Program-made: the position numbers and the translations under genes
In this document: piece by piece, positions 14,784 through 28,204 of the stretch
Layout: each line of letters opens with the position of its first letter
Numbering within the stretch: the first letter of the stretch is position 1
Source: Phoronis australis
Taxonomy: Eukaryota; Animalia; Phoronida
Length of the DNA: 64,000 nt
Reading direction: 5' to 3'
Assembly: GCA_002633005.1 (NCBI GenBank)
Contig: NMRA01000086.1
Span: forward strand, 929,000 to 992,999
Notes under the pieces: generated by a model
Told to the model about the DNA's origin: nothing
The model's input: only the letters and a program-made list of their open reading frames with translations
Databases searched by the model: none

Positions 14784-14880
14784 AGATTTAGATTTCAACT
14801 CAGTGAAAATATATATTTTCTAAAAGTAGAAAGATTTAGATTTCAACTCAGTAAAAATATATAATCTCTAAACGTAAAAA
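14784..14880. repeat. ~48-bp tandem duplication
   Basis: AGATTTAGATTTCAACTCAGT(G/A)AAAATATATA occurs twice in tandem. Confidence 0.75.
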
Positions 14881-15724
14881 GCCTGTGAAATTTATTTAAG
14901 CGTGTAAAATTTATTTAAGCCTGAAAAATGTGAGTTTTGTCTGCTTACCCTTCTACAGGAAATTTGATCACTTGACTTAATGTTTTAAGCAAAACTCAGC
15001 AAAAAAGAAATTACCGAATGTTTGATGGCAGAACAACAATATCAATAACATGACAAGATTTCGTTTGATATAAATTTTTGAGATGAAATCTCAAGAAAGT
15101 TATTACTGTTTTCTAAAGTATCATTTCATTTTCGATTCATGCAACATTTGAGTTTTTCAGGAGAATCGAGATATTTTACAACTCCTTATGCAAAAGTTGG
15201 GCATTTTAAAAACAATTCCTAGAAACGTTTTGGAGAACAGTGCACACAGCATAGTATCTGATTAATATTTCATACGAATGGGTTCAGCCATTTCTGAGAT
15301 ATGATGTTTCGAAGTTAGGCTAAATTCAGACATCATTCTAAATTACTGTAGTAAATTGAAAACTACAAAGAATCGATAGAAAACTAAAAACCACCCATCC
15401 AAACGCTTGCTGGTGGAAGTGAAGCTGATGTAGTCTACATGCGACTATACGCAAAACCAATATTCTTTGTAGAAGGGCACGGGTATAAATGCTCGCACGC
15501 GGTAAGAGTGCCACTTGGAGTCAGCTCTACGAAAAGTGACTTAAGACTTTTAAGTCTTAAAAGACAGGAATTTGGCCTTACGCTCCACATAACTGTTCCT
15601 GAAATTTAATCAAAACTCTAGCAAAATAATAATGTTTCCGAGAGCATACCCATAACTGAAATGTGTTCAAATGATTTCCAGGCAAATGATGTGGCAATAA
15701 TCACATGATTATATCCTTATTTGG

Positions 15725-15881
15725 AAATTGTGAAGGGGGAGCGTACTGTAAGACCAAATTGTGAAGGGGAGCGTACTGTAAGACCAAATTGTGAAGGGGA
15801 GCGTACTGTAAGACCAAATTGTGAAGGGGAGCGTACTGTAAGACCAAATTGTGAAGGGGAGCGTACTGTAAGACCAAATTG
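15725..15881. repeat. 30-bp minisatellite, ~5 near-identical copies
   Basis: Unit AGACCAAATTGTGAAGGGGAGCGTACTGTA repeated head-to-tail without spacers. Confidence 0.95.
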
Positions 15882-17469
15882 CTGTCTTAAGACAAACGTC
15901 TCCTTCAAGTAGCAGGCCCTTGGAAATCGTGGAACTGGTTTTTGTGAAGATCATGTTTTTTATGTTATCATTGCAGTGGTGTCTTCGTCGTCCTTAGCTT
16001 TTAAAATATTGACTAACGTATGTTTTTGACTCATAATGTCAATTTCAGCATAATTGATGAAAACGTCCGGGAATTGATCGCCTCCTAATCGACCTTTATG
16101 AAATATAAATTACGTTTAGCAATAAACCAATAGATGAAAACCAACTTAATAAGAGAACAATTATTTAAAAGGCGAGAAGCAAAATAGGACACAAGGGGTC
16201 AAGATGTACGTAAAAGACCAAAATGGACACAATGGGTCAGAACAAAGACGAGCGCGGCAAGTTCCAACTACGACAAGCAAACGTTTCATTTTAACGCGTA
16301 ACTTTCCGAGAAATTCACCCCGCTATGTTTAGCGTTCCCCCAAAGCAATTCACAAGTATCCAAACCGGTGTTAGGTAGAGAGAAACCCGTTGGAACCCGA
16401 TGAAACCTTATTCATTGTGATATTAAATCGTTCGAGCGAGGGGACAATGTAATTCTTATTCCTTAATCCACTGGCACCGAACTCCTGTCTGCTGAGAAGA
16501 CCTATACCCACTGTACATGTTTTTGTTGACGTTAGCGCAGAAACCTAAGTGTCTCATACTTCAATGTATCATCCAACAATGGTTAGAAGGGGGAAATTGA
16601 TTTTTAAATAGTGTTTTGAGAGCGCCCTGTAATCAGATCTGTCATCCGTCTAACTGCATGCAGGCAGAACAGCTTTAGCGAGTCACATGGTTCAGTGTCG
16701 GGGGCGTGGCGAGAAAACTGTGACGTACACGTCTGCGCTGCTTGACGTCAAAACTTCGTCGAACCGGTAACTTTTCCGCTATCGTCAAAACTACACCGCG
16801 GCACCAAGGTCAAAATTTTCATCATATCATGTAGCTGGCAACATCAAAGTTACAGTATTTTTTGTAAATGTTATAAATATATAAACCAAAAGTAAAGAGT
16901 CAAATGTTCAAACGACACAGGCAGTTGATTGGGGCTATGACTAACTGTACCCTAGTTTTCAACCGTCAATATCTTGGGAGCTTTATAATCTGTCGGTAAA
17001 AGTTACAAATAACCCTAAAAATCACTTCTGACAGTTCAATACTCACACAACTAGTGTTTCACGAAAACTTCCCCATTTCATAAACAATGCCTTTCTAGCG
17101 AAAAAAGATTATCTTCATAGTCTTCGGCACTATCGGGTGTTGTTCAAAACTGTGGTGTTCAAGCTTGGCAAGTTAAACTTCCTTTCTTTCGATTCCGGTT
17201 AATGTCATTGTACGGTTTCTATTTTTCACACGTCTTGATGTTGTGGTGCTTTTATAAAAATGTGCGATTTTATTGGACAATGGAGATTCCCCGTTTGGAA
17301 AGCTGACACAGTGAGTTCTCTTAGTTCTAATCTAAAACGCCTTGTTTCTATGAATTTCGCTGTCAATGCAACCTCGCTGCCGCAATGCCCGTTTCTTGTT
17401 TTTTATAATTCTTGCCCGAATCTGGAGTGCCTGTAATTGCCCCACCCTGCCAATCGCCTAATACCCTTT

Positions 17470-17930
17470 GACGACAAATAAAATTTTAGATATAGCTTCT
17501 AATTCATTATGGGAGTGTTTCAACGAGACAATGACTAACAGCGAACCCTTAAAATATTTCTACGATACAAAACAAGAAGTTTTAAAATGCACTAGAAAAG
17601 CACTGCCCGCGATTCCAGGGGTAGAAAAACGGATTGACATCCTGAAACCACATGAGAACAGGGGAGAAATTTATGAGCATGATGCGTGCAAAGCACAGCG
17701 CTATAGTGATATAACACGTCACGTTTACCGGAAACTACAGGAGCTATGCAAATATTGATCCGAAACATCATTGCTCAAGCGGAAGGTTGAACAGGGGAAA
17801 GCGAAAGTTCAATCATGGAACCGGATGAGCTATGTGTATTCATGGTTGCCATGCTATGAGAAACACCGTGGAAACTGTGTGTCGCTCGTGTACACACGTG
17901 TTACATTACTTGGAAAAATGCAGTTGTTGA
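17470..17930 (+). pseudogene. Possible degraded DNA-transposon (PIF/ISL2EU-type) protein fragment with a SWIM-like C-terminus
   Basis: Across frameshifts it reads VEKRIDILK ... AKVQSWNRMSY ... VCRSCTHVLHYLE, which recalls the IQSRH ... C.C..G.RTVGCCAHV..VLWYLG motif. By-eye resemblance only. Confidence 0.3.
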
Positions 17931-18486
17931 TTAAATAAGTATTTAAATATTAATGAATTTTGACAGCTTTTATAAAGAAGGTGGGTATTTTTAAAACGGG
18001 CTGTTGGCTGCATATTCTATGACCATATCTTGGTGACTCGTGGAACTGAAAATATCATAAATAAAAAAGATAACTGGTGATGCTTTAACTTAGGCCAGTT
18101 CAGGTGTTTGGTGCAGTAGGCCCAAGTGAGCGGCCTGCGCATGTCTTACGCAACGTGCGTCAGATCACTTGATTTGTACTATTTTCTTTGCATGACCTTA
18201 AAGCGAACATGTTTGGTTAAAACGTCATCAAGAAAAAGCGTCCTGTTTCCAAAAAATTATTTCTGGGTCAGAAAAAAAAATGGCGACGTGTGATAGCCTC
18301 TGACCAACCAGTTTCGTTAATACACGGGAAAACGCTTATACACACAGTGTCTGTTGACAGGACACAAGTGAGAACATAGAAAAGCCTAGCTGTGAAGCTG
18401 GAAATCCAATCAGTGTTATGTAATTATCAAACACCGCAGGGTTATGCCAACATGTAGGTGTGGTCCTCTGGAGTCAGTGCTCCTAA

Positions 18487-18610
18487 AGATGATAATGATG
18501 ATGACGTTGATAATGATCTTAATGGTAGTGATTTTAATAAATGATGATGATGGGATCGTGTTACGGTGATTGGTGATGATGATTGTTATGACGATAAATG
18601 GCAATGATAA
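18487..18610. repeat. (GAT)n degenerate microsatellite
   Basis: GATGATAATGATGATGAC... visible directly. Confidence 0.75.
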
Positions 18611-20504
18611 AAATACTGGAACGATTGTGGATAGAAGTCAACTAATCGCCAAAGTAAAGCGTTCACAAATCAAAATTTCTTCTTTTTATTTATTCAGAAC
18701 AGGGGGAATTTTGCCATTGTTAACCATAAAAGTTGAATTCTAAACCGAAACGCTTTGAGGTTTGAAACAATTTCACACTCATCCGATCCTGAATTGTTAC
18801 CGAATGGCCGGCAACTTAAGTCACAGACAATGGCTACTTGCGCCATTTTCGAATTCACAATTTTAAAGTTGGCCAACCTCAATAAACTTTGAAACGTTTT
18901 CTTGAGTTTCTATGGGTTTCTATGTTTTTGTTGGTTACAGAATGAAACCGATCTTTGAGCTTAATGGATTTTATTCATTCTTCGTTTTTTGGTAGGTAAA
19001 TCGCCATGAAATTCAGTTTGAAATGAAACTAATTATTTCAGGGAGACCAGTTAAACAGTGGTAAACTTATTCCTATTGTGGAAAAATTTCTTAAGTCAAA
19101 TCTCAATCCTAAAAATAGAGGCTTGACATGAGTTAACTCGAGTATTCCCTGAAGAACTTTTATACAACTAATTTAATTACACATAATTCCATTTCACAGG
19201 AAAACGGTATTAGCACATAATTAAGCCATTGTAATTCTGCTAATGTGTCTCTTCCGGGGGGATGGCAGATGAATCTCTTCAATTTCGCCTCCGCCATCAC
19301 GCAGTTTCAGCCCACGCCGATCAACACTAGTTTTACTCCTCTCCATAACCGTTCTACCCCAGTTTTACCTCCACCTGCACCCCCGTCGATACACTCCCCG
19401 GACAAGTTTCACCTCCGCGGCACTTTGGTCGCTTGAGCGGGTCGAAAGGAAGGTAAACATTTAATTTGTTTGAGGGACGGGTATATCTAGTTCGACTATG
19501 TCTTACTTTTGTCCCAAATTAAGTTCTTCGCCGTCCTCATAACTACAGCCCCCCATCGTTGCCAGTTTCACTCTTTCCTTGCCATAAGTGTGCGGACTTG
19601 GCCATCTTGGGAGCAAACCACGTGAAAACAGACACAAGAAACTTGGGTACCCATTCATCAACAAAATTTTGTGAGAATGGGCCACTTTTAGGCCGTTACG
19701 CGATTTCGCGTAAGGGAATGAATTTAACATGAATTCCACTTTAACTTTATTATGCTGCCAAAAAGACGTACTGCCAAACTTTTCTGTATGGGTATAAAAG
19801 TAGCGTAAGAAACAGAAATGGCATCAACTCGGATTCAGTAGATGGAACGTGGTGTCGAAAACTTCGGCTATAGTTTTGTTTGTTTTCGAGAGTGAAAATT
19901 ATTGCTGATGTCAACATTTACTTTGTTGTGTCCATTTTGGAGTACGTTTACCCTAATATGGTCCGAAAGCGTGCGGTTCCAGGGTTCATGGTTCAATGCC
20001 TATAGGAGTGGTAGAAAATGGGTACCCGAGATTCTAGTCGCTATTTTCATCGTCATTTCAACATACACAGAAAAATCCCAACTTGAATCGTCATTTCGTT
20101 ACCCGCTAAAATCAAGCTCATTCGATACAATGTATTCGACATTTTCCGTACGACGCTATATGTAGAACTTGAGAAACCTTTTGGCGTCAAATGAAATCTT
20201 CCTGTTTTCTAACGGAATTTTAAGGAACTGGAAATAGCCTAAAACCATACAGGCGTATGCAGTGAAGATTAAATTTCTTTCCTCCATTGTGACCATTCAC
20301 CACTAACTTCTTTGCACGCCATATTCAAACGATCAATCGGCGAATCTTTTTTTAGACATTTCAAGCCTCCTTGCCACTTCTTTAAAGGTCGGAGGAAACT
20401 CGTTTCCAGGCAACACACTTTTCAACCAATCGTATCAATCTTATCTTGAAAGCCAGAACGATTGAACATTTTTACGGCATCCTGCTTCAATGAGGGAATC
20501 AACA

Positions 20505-20900
20505 AGTGGTCGGACTTCAAAACCAAAGAACTAGTTGGCTGGAGCCAAAACATGGTGGCCGGTGCTATAACCAGTTAGTTGTGATCAAACACGACGGCCA
20601 GACTTCCTCAGAGACTCGCTTTGAATGTCTCCAGGAATTCGAGTGACATCTAGTGTTTATTTTTCGTACCCGTTTGTTTGTTTTATTCAAAACCGGTGAT
20701 TTGTTCGGCCGTTCAGTTTGAGCATCGTCCAACCCGTTTTAGATCCGACCAACCAATTTTTGAGCCCATCTGGTTTTGAGGTACCGGTCAACCTGCTTTG
20801 AGGTCCGACCACCAAGTTACAACACTGGCCATTGGGTTTTGCAGTCCAGCCAGTTGGGTTTGAAGTCCTGGCAAATGGTTTTGGAGTCCGACCAATTGTT
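20505..20900. repeat. Degenerate ~27-30-bp repeat array (TTTTGAGGTCCGACCAAC) with an inverted copy set, foldback-like
   Basis: GTTTTAGATCCGACCAAC, TTTGAGGTCCGACCACC and TTTTGGAGTCCGACCAAT at 20690-20900. Inverted GTGGTCGGACTTCAAAAC at ~20507. Confidence 0.5.
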
Positions 20901-21749
20901 GATACACCCTTGATATGTAGTAATGTACATGTTAACGTCACATGGAAATAGACGAGCTTCCTATCGAATGAGCACGTTATAAATAAAGTTCAAAAGTAAG
21001 CGTAAAAACAGCGAAGGAATAGCGGAAACAATTTCACAAGTAAGCGCTGCTACTTTTAAAAGTGTCCGGAAGAGCACGTGAGACGGAGCATCTCACGGGT
21101 AGACATGTAACCCAAATTATTATTTACAGGCGCGCTCGTGGAACATAATTTTGTAGTATATGCAAAAATGTCAACTTTGTCATGGCCGGGAACACAGAAG
21201 ATTGGCAGCACTCAGCACATGCATATTGAGTAGCTTAATCCGTTAGACTTGTTCACTGTTCACGTTCATCATAAAATGAAGTTCCGCATGGTCTGATCGA
21301 CACCGCGAGCTTTGTACGGACAGCACCCCTTCACCAGTAATGCTTTCTAACTACCACCTTCAAGTATAGTGTTATAGGAATTCGTTGGGAAAAAGTACCT
21401 TTTCTTTTATCGTTATTCACTACCTGCACGACTTTACCAATGTGCTTGAAAGCGAGGTTTTTTGTCCAAACTGTTCTAAATTTTTCTAACACGCGCGATT
21501 TTAGGTTTGCGTTGCTAACATTGATGCTATAGCGAAGCATTGTGTCCTAAACAACAATTCAAAACAATCGTTTTTTTGCAGTGCCACTAAAGTGTGTAAG
21601 TGACTGTAGTGAGTAAAAAACGCCGAGAATCTTTGTGTAATTCACAATTATTTTTAATGCAACACAAGTGTAAGACAATACAATAATGACGCAGTGACAC
21701 AGTGACACAGTGACACAGGGAATTAGCCCAAAAAACGAATCGTTTTTTA

Positions 21750-23465
21750 TCTAGGCTTATGTATGCCTAACGATAAATTATTTAAGTAAAAATATAATAA
21801 TGAGCAAAGAAAATAACGAAAAAAGGAAATTATACTGAATCAAAACACTAACATATTAATAAAAAAGAAAAACAAACAGAGAGCTCAGCATAGAAATTAA
21901 GTCAATAGTTAATCACATAGCAAAATAAAATCACTTAAGTTTTAGAGTAATAGAATAGTACAGCTATAACTTTTGCCAACCATATAACAAAAAGTGAGTT
22001 TTTCATACTTTATTATTAAACGGTATCATTAAGAGACCAGGCGTGCGTTCAGTAGACGCTAGGACCTACGCTAGGACCTACGCTAGGACCTACGCTAGGA
22101 CCTACGCTAGGACCTACGCTAGGACCTACGCTAGGACCTACGCTAGGACCTAGCTAAAACATAGTCAAAGTCACGTGCTCTCATTTAAAATGCACGGCAA
22201 CATCTCACGTAATCTCGCGAAGTCTTGCTTTTTAGCGAGGTCCTAGCGTTACTGAACGGGAGGCAGTTCTGATGATTGGATTGGAGGCTGTAAAAGGGTG
22301 GTTCACGCTCAGCGTTATAGACGGGGCATGTGGGCAAGTAGCAAGCTCCACTTTACTGGCTCCACATCTGATACACTTGTTCGTAAAGTTGGTAAAATTA
22401 TGGTAAAACTGGTATGAGTTCAGGTATAACCCGCTCTAAATTAACAAGAACCTCTTGTTCAAGCAATAAACATAATTTAAGGATATCGAGAGGAGTTGGA
22501 CTACCACCCACGATGCTTTAACGATGACATTGGTTGAACTACTTTGTTCCAGAGCTAAGCAAATAGCCAACCGGCAATAATTGGAGTTTTCTCAATCATT
22601 GAGGGTTGTTCTAATCTGTATGCCAATAGATGTACAACTTTACACATGTAAATAATAGCTAAATTTGAGAAATTATTGATTCCATGAATAACTTTCTATA
22701 AATAAATAATAAAGAGCTTATTTCGTAACAGAGCGAGGGAAGTCCAATTAAGACATCCCAAGACTCTAATTGTTCTAGAACCTTTGAGAGCCCCTGATAC
22801 GGACAGAGCAGCTTCTTATTAAAAATTTTCAAGTTTACAGATTGAAGTCAAATTTACGTTATTAGGGATAACATCTGCATAGTTAAAATGAGTTCGCATG
22901 AATTAATTGTAAATTAACTCTAAATGGCAACTGGAAATATGTTTAGAAAGTGTTCTAAACGAGTTGATAAGTTTTTGATTTTTTAATTTGTTCACTCAGT
23001 GATGATTCATAGTGCGTTGAGGATCAAACAGAACACTCAGATGCTTCGCAGACACACTTTGAGGAACAATAGGATCATACAAGTACAGTCTTGCGATTCT
23101 GTCAATTTTGTGTGAAGTTTTTAATGAAAACGTTATGCCATAACTTTCAGATGCTTTGAACTCCATGCGCTATCTGTTTGCCCAATCATAAAATAAATGA
23201 AGATCCCTTTGTAGGAGACTACAATTTTCGGGTTTGTTTTTTTGTTAAAGAAAAAAAATAGATGTATCACTATATAAAAACGTTTTAGAGTACATACTGT
23301 CGGGTAATAGAAGGTAATTTAATATATATTTAAAAAGCAACGGCCCCAGTTCACTGCCTTGTGGTACACCACCATTAACATACCCAATTGGTGATTGATC
23401 AGAAAGAAAGTCCTCCACACCCACTGTTTAGGTTTTATTTAAAAGATGTGACTGAAGCAAACAGT
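21750..23465 (-). mobile_element. Old CR1/L2-clade LINE, decayed RT and 3' region
   Basis: Minus-strand remnants occur in the correct order: VNGGVPQGSELGPLLF (~23330-23380), AKHLSVLFDPQRTMNHH (~23000-23055), FMRTHFNYADVI (~22870-22905), AALSVSGALKGSRTIRVLGCLNWTSL (~22735-22815), CPVYNAER (~22305-22330). Many stops and frameshifts. Interrupted by a MITE at 22040. Confidence 0.8.
22040..22263 (+). mobile_element. MITE family G with an expanded 12-bp internal repeat (ACGCTAGGACCT x8)
   Basis: TIR CGTTCAGTAGACGCTAGGACCT / AGGTCCTAGCGTTACTGAACG. 8 tandem units at 22056-22151. A sister copy lies at 32890. Confidence 0.85.
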
Positions 23466-23468
23466 AAT

Positions 23469-23890
23469 CTTTTTTTTTCCAGAGACATTTATTAACTCAA
23501 CCAACCAGTACATAGTTGTGCGACAATATGACATCTAGTTTAGTGTACATCAAACAAATTACGAACATTATCAGACTCTATAAAAGCTAGTTAGGCAAAA
23601 AAGACCACTTTGCCTGGAATCTCTCAAGATCCAATTTATCACTGTAAATAATTTTTTCCAGGTTGTAGTAATCACATACCTCACGTAAAAATGACTGAAA
23701 ATTGAGCTTAGTCTTTTGTAATCTTTGTCTATATAAATGGAATTTCGCTAAGCAAAGAATTAAATTTACAACTTCTAATCTACAGGCTGCCGGGTCTCCA
23801 AACAAGGCGGAAGACATATTTAACTGCAGAGGGAAATTGCACTGATTTATCATCCATGTTTTTAAACAGTAATCTTGAAGTTCACGTACA
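23469..23890 (-). mobile_element. L1/Tx1-clade LINE 3' end (ORF2 C-terminus, polyA signal and tail)
   Basis: ORF 23587..23946 ends VVNLILCLAKFHLYRQRLQ...FQSFLREVCDYYNLEKII...FQAKW, typical of L1/Tx1 ORF2 C-termini. Minus-strand AATAAA followed by an A-run at 23470-23494. Confidence 0.75.
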
Positions 23891-25745
23891 TGTATCTTTC
23901 GATTCTGGTCAACGGTATTTTTTGTTTTTGATTGTTTGAGCCGCATGTCTTAATACTGCTGGGACACGTACCGTCCGGTCCCCTCGGCTTAATTCCTACG
24001 TCTCTTTTCGTGAGACCTTCATATTCCAAAACTGCACTGATGACGTGTTCACGCTTCGTTTTAGTTCACGTTTCTGATTCGTCTAGTTAAACCCCTGGCG
24101 ATATGAAGCCGTTTTCGTGCAAAACGGAAACGACGTCTGATTTTTTCCCGGTGATGAGGTTTCCTCTTTAACACTGTGCGGTCTTCACAGCCGTTATACC
24201 GTAACCTGTTCATCGGATACTCCATGTGATCAACTAGACTGTACATGAATGTTGTGTATGACAAGAAATGTTCACATTGGTTTACATCTCAAATGCCGAT
24301 GCAGTGTGAGGGGTGCATTGCCAAAACAAAACGTGAAAATCACGGGTTATTCACCGCCACCAACGTGTTATTAGGAGTAAGATTACGCAACTTTTCAAAT
24401 GAAAAATGCCTTTATTACGACATTTCCAGACGAAAATTGGGCCGTAGTGATAGGAAAGGGAACGGGAATCGTGCAAAACGTAAACACATTCCCGAGGCCT
24501 GAATCCGTAAACGATCCACCCAATCGTCTAGGTTCATATTTTGTGAGATGAGCCTTTTATTTAAAACGGACCCTTCTTACACGCCTAGCTACATTTGTCT
24601 TCGTCAATAGAAATAAAAACAAAAGCATTCATATTGTTTTCTTTAACAATAATTGTTATCACCAATTTCTATTCTAATCTCGTACTCATGCGTGTCCGAG
24701 ACAAGTGTAGAAAAAGCCGAGAACGGAAGGGGCAGTCCGCGGGAAGCACGACTTAGACGGGGTGAGGCCTAGACAAGAATTGCGCAAGTTAGAGAATTAA
24801 AAAAACAGATTTGTCTGCAGAACGTAAGTTCAACATTTTAACAACAGTTCTTGTATTTTGAGACATACTCTAATAAGAAAATAAAAATATTTCAAACTGA
24901 TGAGACTAAAAATACTTATAATATATTTCAAATAAAAACTCAGTAAATTACTGGACAATTTCCAACCATGTTCAAAATTTTTAAAAGCGACCATAAACCA
25001 GCCTTACCATTAGAAAAATTTTTGATTTTAACCACGTAGAGTTATGAAATGATGCCAGGTCATCGAAAGAACGCACAGTTCGTTGTTACTCGAGATTTGG
25101 CTGTACGACTTGGTTTGTCACGGCGTGTCATTTTATGTGCCGAGCATGCTTTAAATGTCTGTATGTAAAGCCACGAAGATCACTTCTCATCTGAGAACAG
25201 AACAAGCTGGGACCAGATTTTTTAGTGGTGAATGGTCAAAATAAAAAGTTCGCTTCTGAGGACGGAACGCCAGGTTATAGCGGCTATGGAGTGTAGTTTT
25301 TCAAAGCATTCGAAATAATAATCTTTCTTATAAATCAAAGTTATATTCAGCGCTTCTTTTGCTGTTCAAAATCGTAAGTAAGATGAAATACAAATTGTAA
25401 GAATATAGCCGTTTATTAAAGCCTTCCTCGAAAGGATTTTTGTTTTTATGAATGTATTTGATTATAAAATCTTAGCAAGTTTTAGTAACAACGACAAGAA
25501 AACAGGATTTGAAAAATGAAACGCAGGTCCTCCAAATGATGCGTGAAGTATTATTTTCACGCCATATCGCATCATCGCAAGAAAACAACTAAAACGACCG
25601 ACAGCAGTACGCCAGTACAGTGCCCGCGGTGCAAAAGTATATCGAATAGAACACCATCGTGGGTCAGTGTTAAGCTGTTAGAATTAACTGAAACATAGAC
25701 GAAAGTTAGATAGTAAGAAATTGATGCCATCAGTTCAAAGTGGGG

Positions 25746-26212
25746 AAAATAACACCTAATTTATGAGCTCCATTACGACCACAAAAGAACACCTCGGAGC
25801 TCCACTCCGACCACAAAATAACGCCTCTGAGCTCCACTACGACCACATAATAACACCTCTGAGCTCTATTCCGACCACAAAATAACAACTATGAGCTCCA
25901 TTGTTACTACAAAATAACACCCATGAGCTACGTTCAAACAGTAAAATTACACCTACATGTATGACCTCCATTACGATCACAAAATAACACCCATGAGCTC
26001 CTCTCCGACCACAAAATATGACCTATGAGCTCAATTCCCACTACAAAATAACACTTATGAGCTCCATTTCGACCACAAAATAACACCTATGAACTCCACT
26101 CCGACCACAAAATGACACATATGAGCTCCACTCCGACAACAAAATAACACCTATAAGCTCTATCCCCGATCACAACACCTATATGAGCTGCACTCCGACT
26201 ACAAAATAACCA
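25746..26212. repeat. Degenerate ~32-bp minisatellite, ~14 copies
   Basis: Consensus CACAAAATAACACCTATGAGCTCCACTCCGAC. GAGCTC recurs at ~32-bp spacing. Confidence 0.9.
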
Positions 26213-28159
26213 CACAAAAGAAGTGCTGACATGGTTTATTTCATGATTCGATTTTTTGTGACACGTTGCAAAATTAAACCAAAACGTTTAACACTTGGCC
26301 AAGGATTGTTCCAAAGTATGCATGTTACTGAATTAACACTCAGTATAAAATTTTGTTTTATTTCTTGCTGGTTTTCGCCTAAGGTCGCCTTTGCGATACT
26401 CAAAATGTTTTGCTTTTATGATAAACTTGGCATCTATCAAACCCACTGAACCCAAGAAACATCAAACAGTGATATACAAATGAAGGAGGACATTCGGTCA
26501 TCATGTGTTGGATATGTCCGTGACCAGACACTCGCATTTGTATACTGACAACGAAGTGTGAAGTTTGTACAAGATCACAACGTGTTTATTCTACAGTACG
26601 TCAATAACTAACCACGCGAAGGAACTGATGCAGTTCTCGGCGACTGTGAATACGAGAATTCACTAGATTTCTAAACAAACAGAATTTGTTTTTATCATTT
26701 GCTCCATCGGATGTTGACATCTGTTTATTTATAAAACACAAACAAATTCCACATATTAAACGACGAGCAAAATCTGCAAATTCTGTGGAAAGACGTCTTG
26801 ATTCCCGCTAGCCCTTGAGTGTTAGTAAAACATACGTAGATTCAAGATTAATCCAGTAGTCATAAACATTATACAGCGAATGTTTCCCTGCTGTCTTTAT
26901 TCGCCCTTCTCAAAACTCTCCTGCGTTGAAGGAGTGTTTAAAATGGCATTGAAGAGAACGGACTGCTAATAAGAGGGATTAAAAACTTAAACTGTACTGT
27001 GACAAAGACGGTTGTACTTGTAACGCATGGATATGAAACATGGCCAAGGCACACGTTCGTTTGCATACGTGTTTGGGACACGTACATTCCTCTGAAAGTA
27101 CATGTATGTACACATTTAAACATTCACGCCGTCTGTGTAAACAAAAAAGAACTCATCTCCAAATAATCAAATTGATTTTAATGATTTTAAGATTAAAATC
27201 TCCTTCAATGGCTATTCCGTTTTTTCAGAAAATTTCAAACTTTCATTCACACATTTTTACTCTCTTTTGTTAGTATTTATGTGCACCAGTATTGTTGTCC
27301 GAGCGAATGTCTTTAAATGAATTCCACACACGCTTTTCACTGTGAGACTGGTTTCATCGATTCTTAATTTATTCGCTCTTTCGTTCTCGGTTATTTTATG
27401 GTTCACCACGGCGCATACGTCTGGAACTTTTGCGCAACTTTATTTCCAAACGGTGTCATGTTAAGTTCGGTCAATTTTCCCAACTAAACTCGACTGTGAG
27501 ACAATGTTTGAGGGCAACCTGGCCTGCGTTACTAGTAACCAAAGCAATCGCGAGTAAAGCTGGTGTGATTACATGCTTCGCTTTTAATGCATGTCGGTGT
27601 CGCGAGGACTAGCTTGATCTGGCATTTTCGCGAGTGTTTTGCGTCAACGGAACTCAGCCTTGACACGTTGGTCTTACGCTCCACACAAACTATTTATAAC
27701 TATTTATAAGAGATTTTTAAATCTCGCTTTACATCGAAAATTACAGTGAATGCGGGGGGATGGGGACAACGTCCGCGTAGTCCCTAAAATCTGTGTTTTT
27801 TATGGTCGAGTCCGTATAGGGTGGGCGGGGGGATGTGGAGGACTCTACCTGGGCTCATCCCTAAGTCCGAGTGTATCTGATAGCAAAACCTTTATTTTAC
27901 AAGACACATACAAAGAAAAGTGCATTACACCAGTTAAGCGAGTCAATATATCCTGATAGGAGATTAAATGCATAAACGATTAATTAAAATTATAAAAACA
28001 AAAAAATATGATAGTACAAGTTCTACATTCGGTAAATATACAAAGTAGAAAATATAAATATATCTTTTTCAGTGAGGCTTGGAATATATTGCAAGCAGTT
28101 TATCCCGTTCAATCCGCCATCTTTTTGGTCACAACACGTGACCTAATGAATATAAGTCC

Positions 28160-28204
28160 GAAAAGATTTCTGAACCCGGCCGGGACTCGAACCCAGGACC
28201 TCCT
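28160..28204 (-). mobile_element. tRNA-derived SINE head fragment (B box)
   Basis: Minus strand GAGGTCCTGGGTTCGAGTCCCGGCCGGGTTC. The A-box half is replaced by the adjacent LINE. Confidence 0.5.

Noticed and set aside
15725-15881. CRISPR-like 30-bp repeats
   Set aside because: Head-to-tail units with no spacers, no cas genes and a eukaryotic context. Ordinary minisatellite, and the repetitive ORFs over it are artefacts.
19500-21540. Possible decayed Polinton/viral polymerase-associated coding sequence on the minus strand
   Set aside because: Only vague motif resemblance (AFK, SSW, GTHFLPL) amid many stops. Unsupportable without a translated search.
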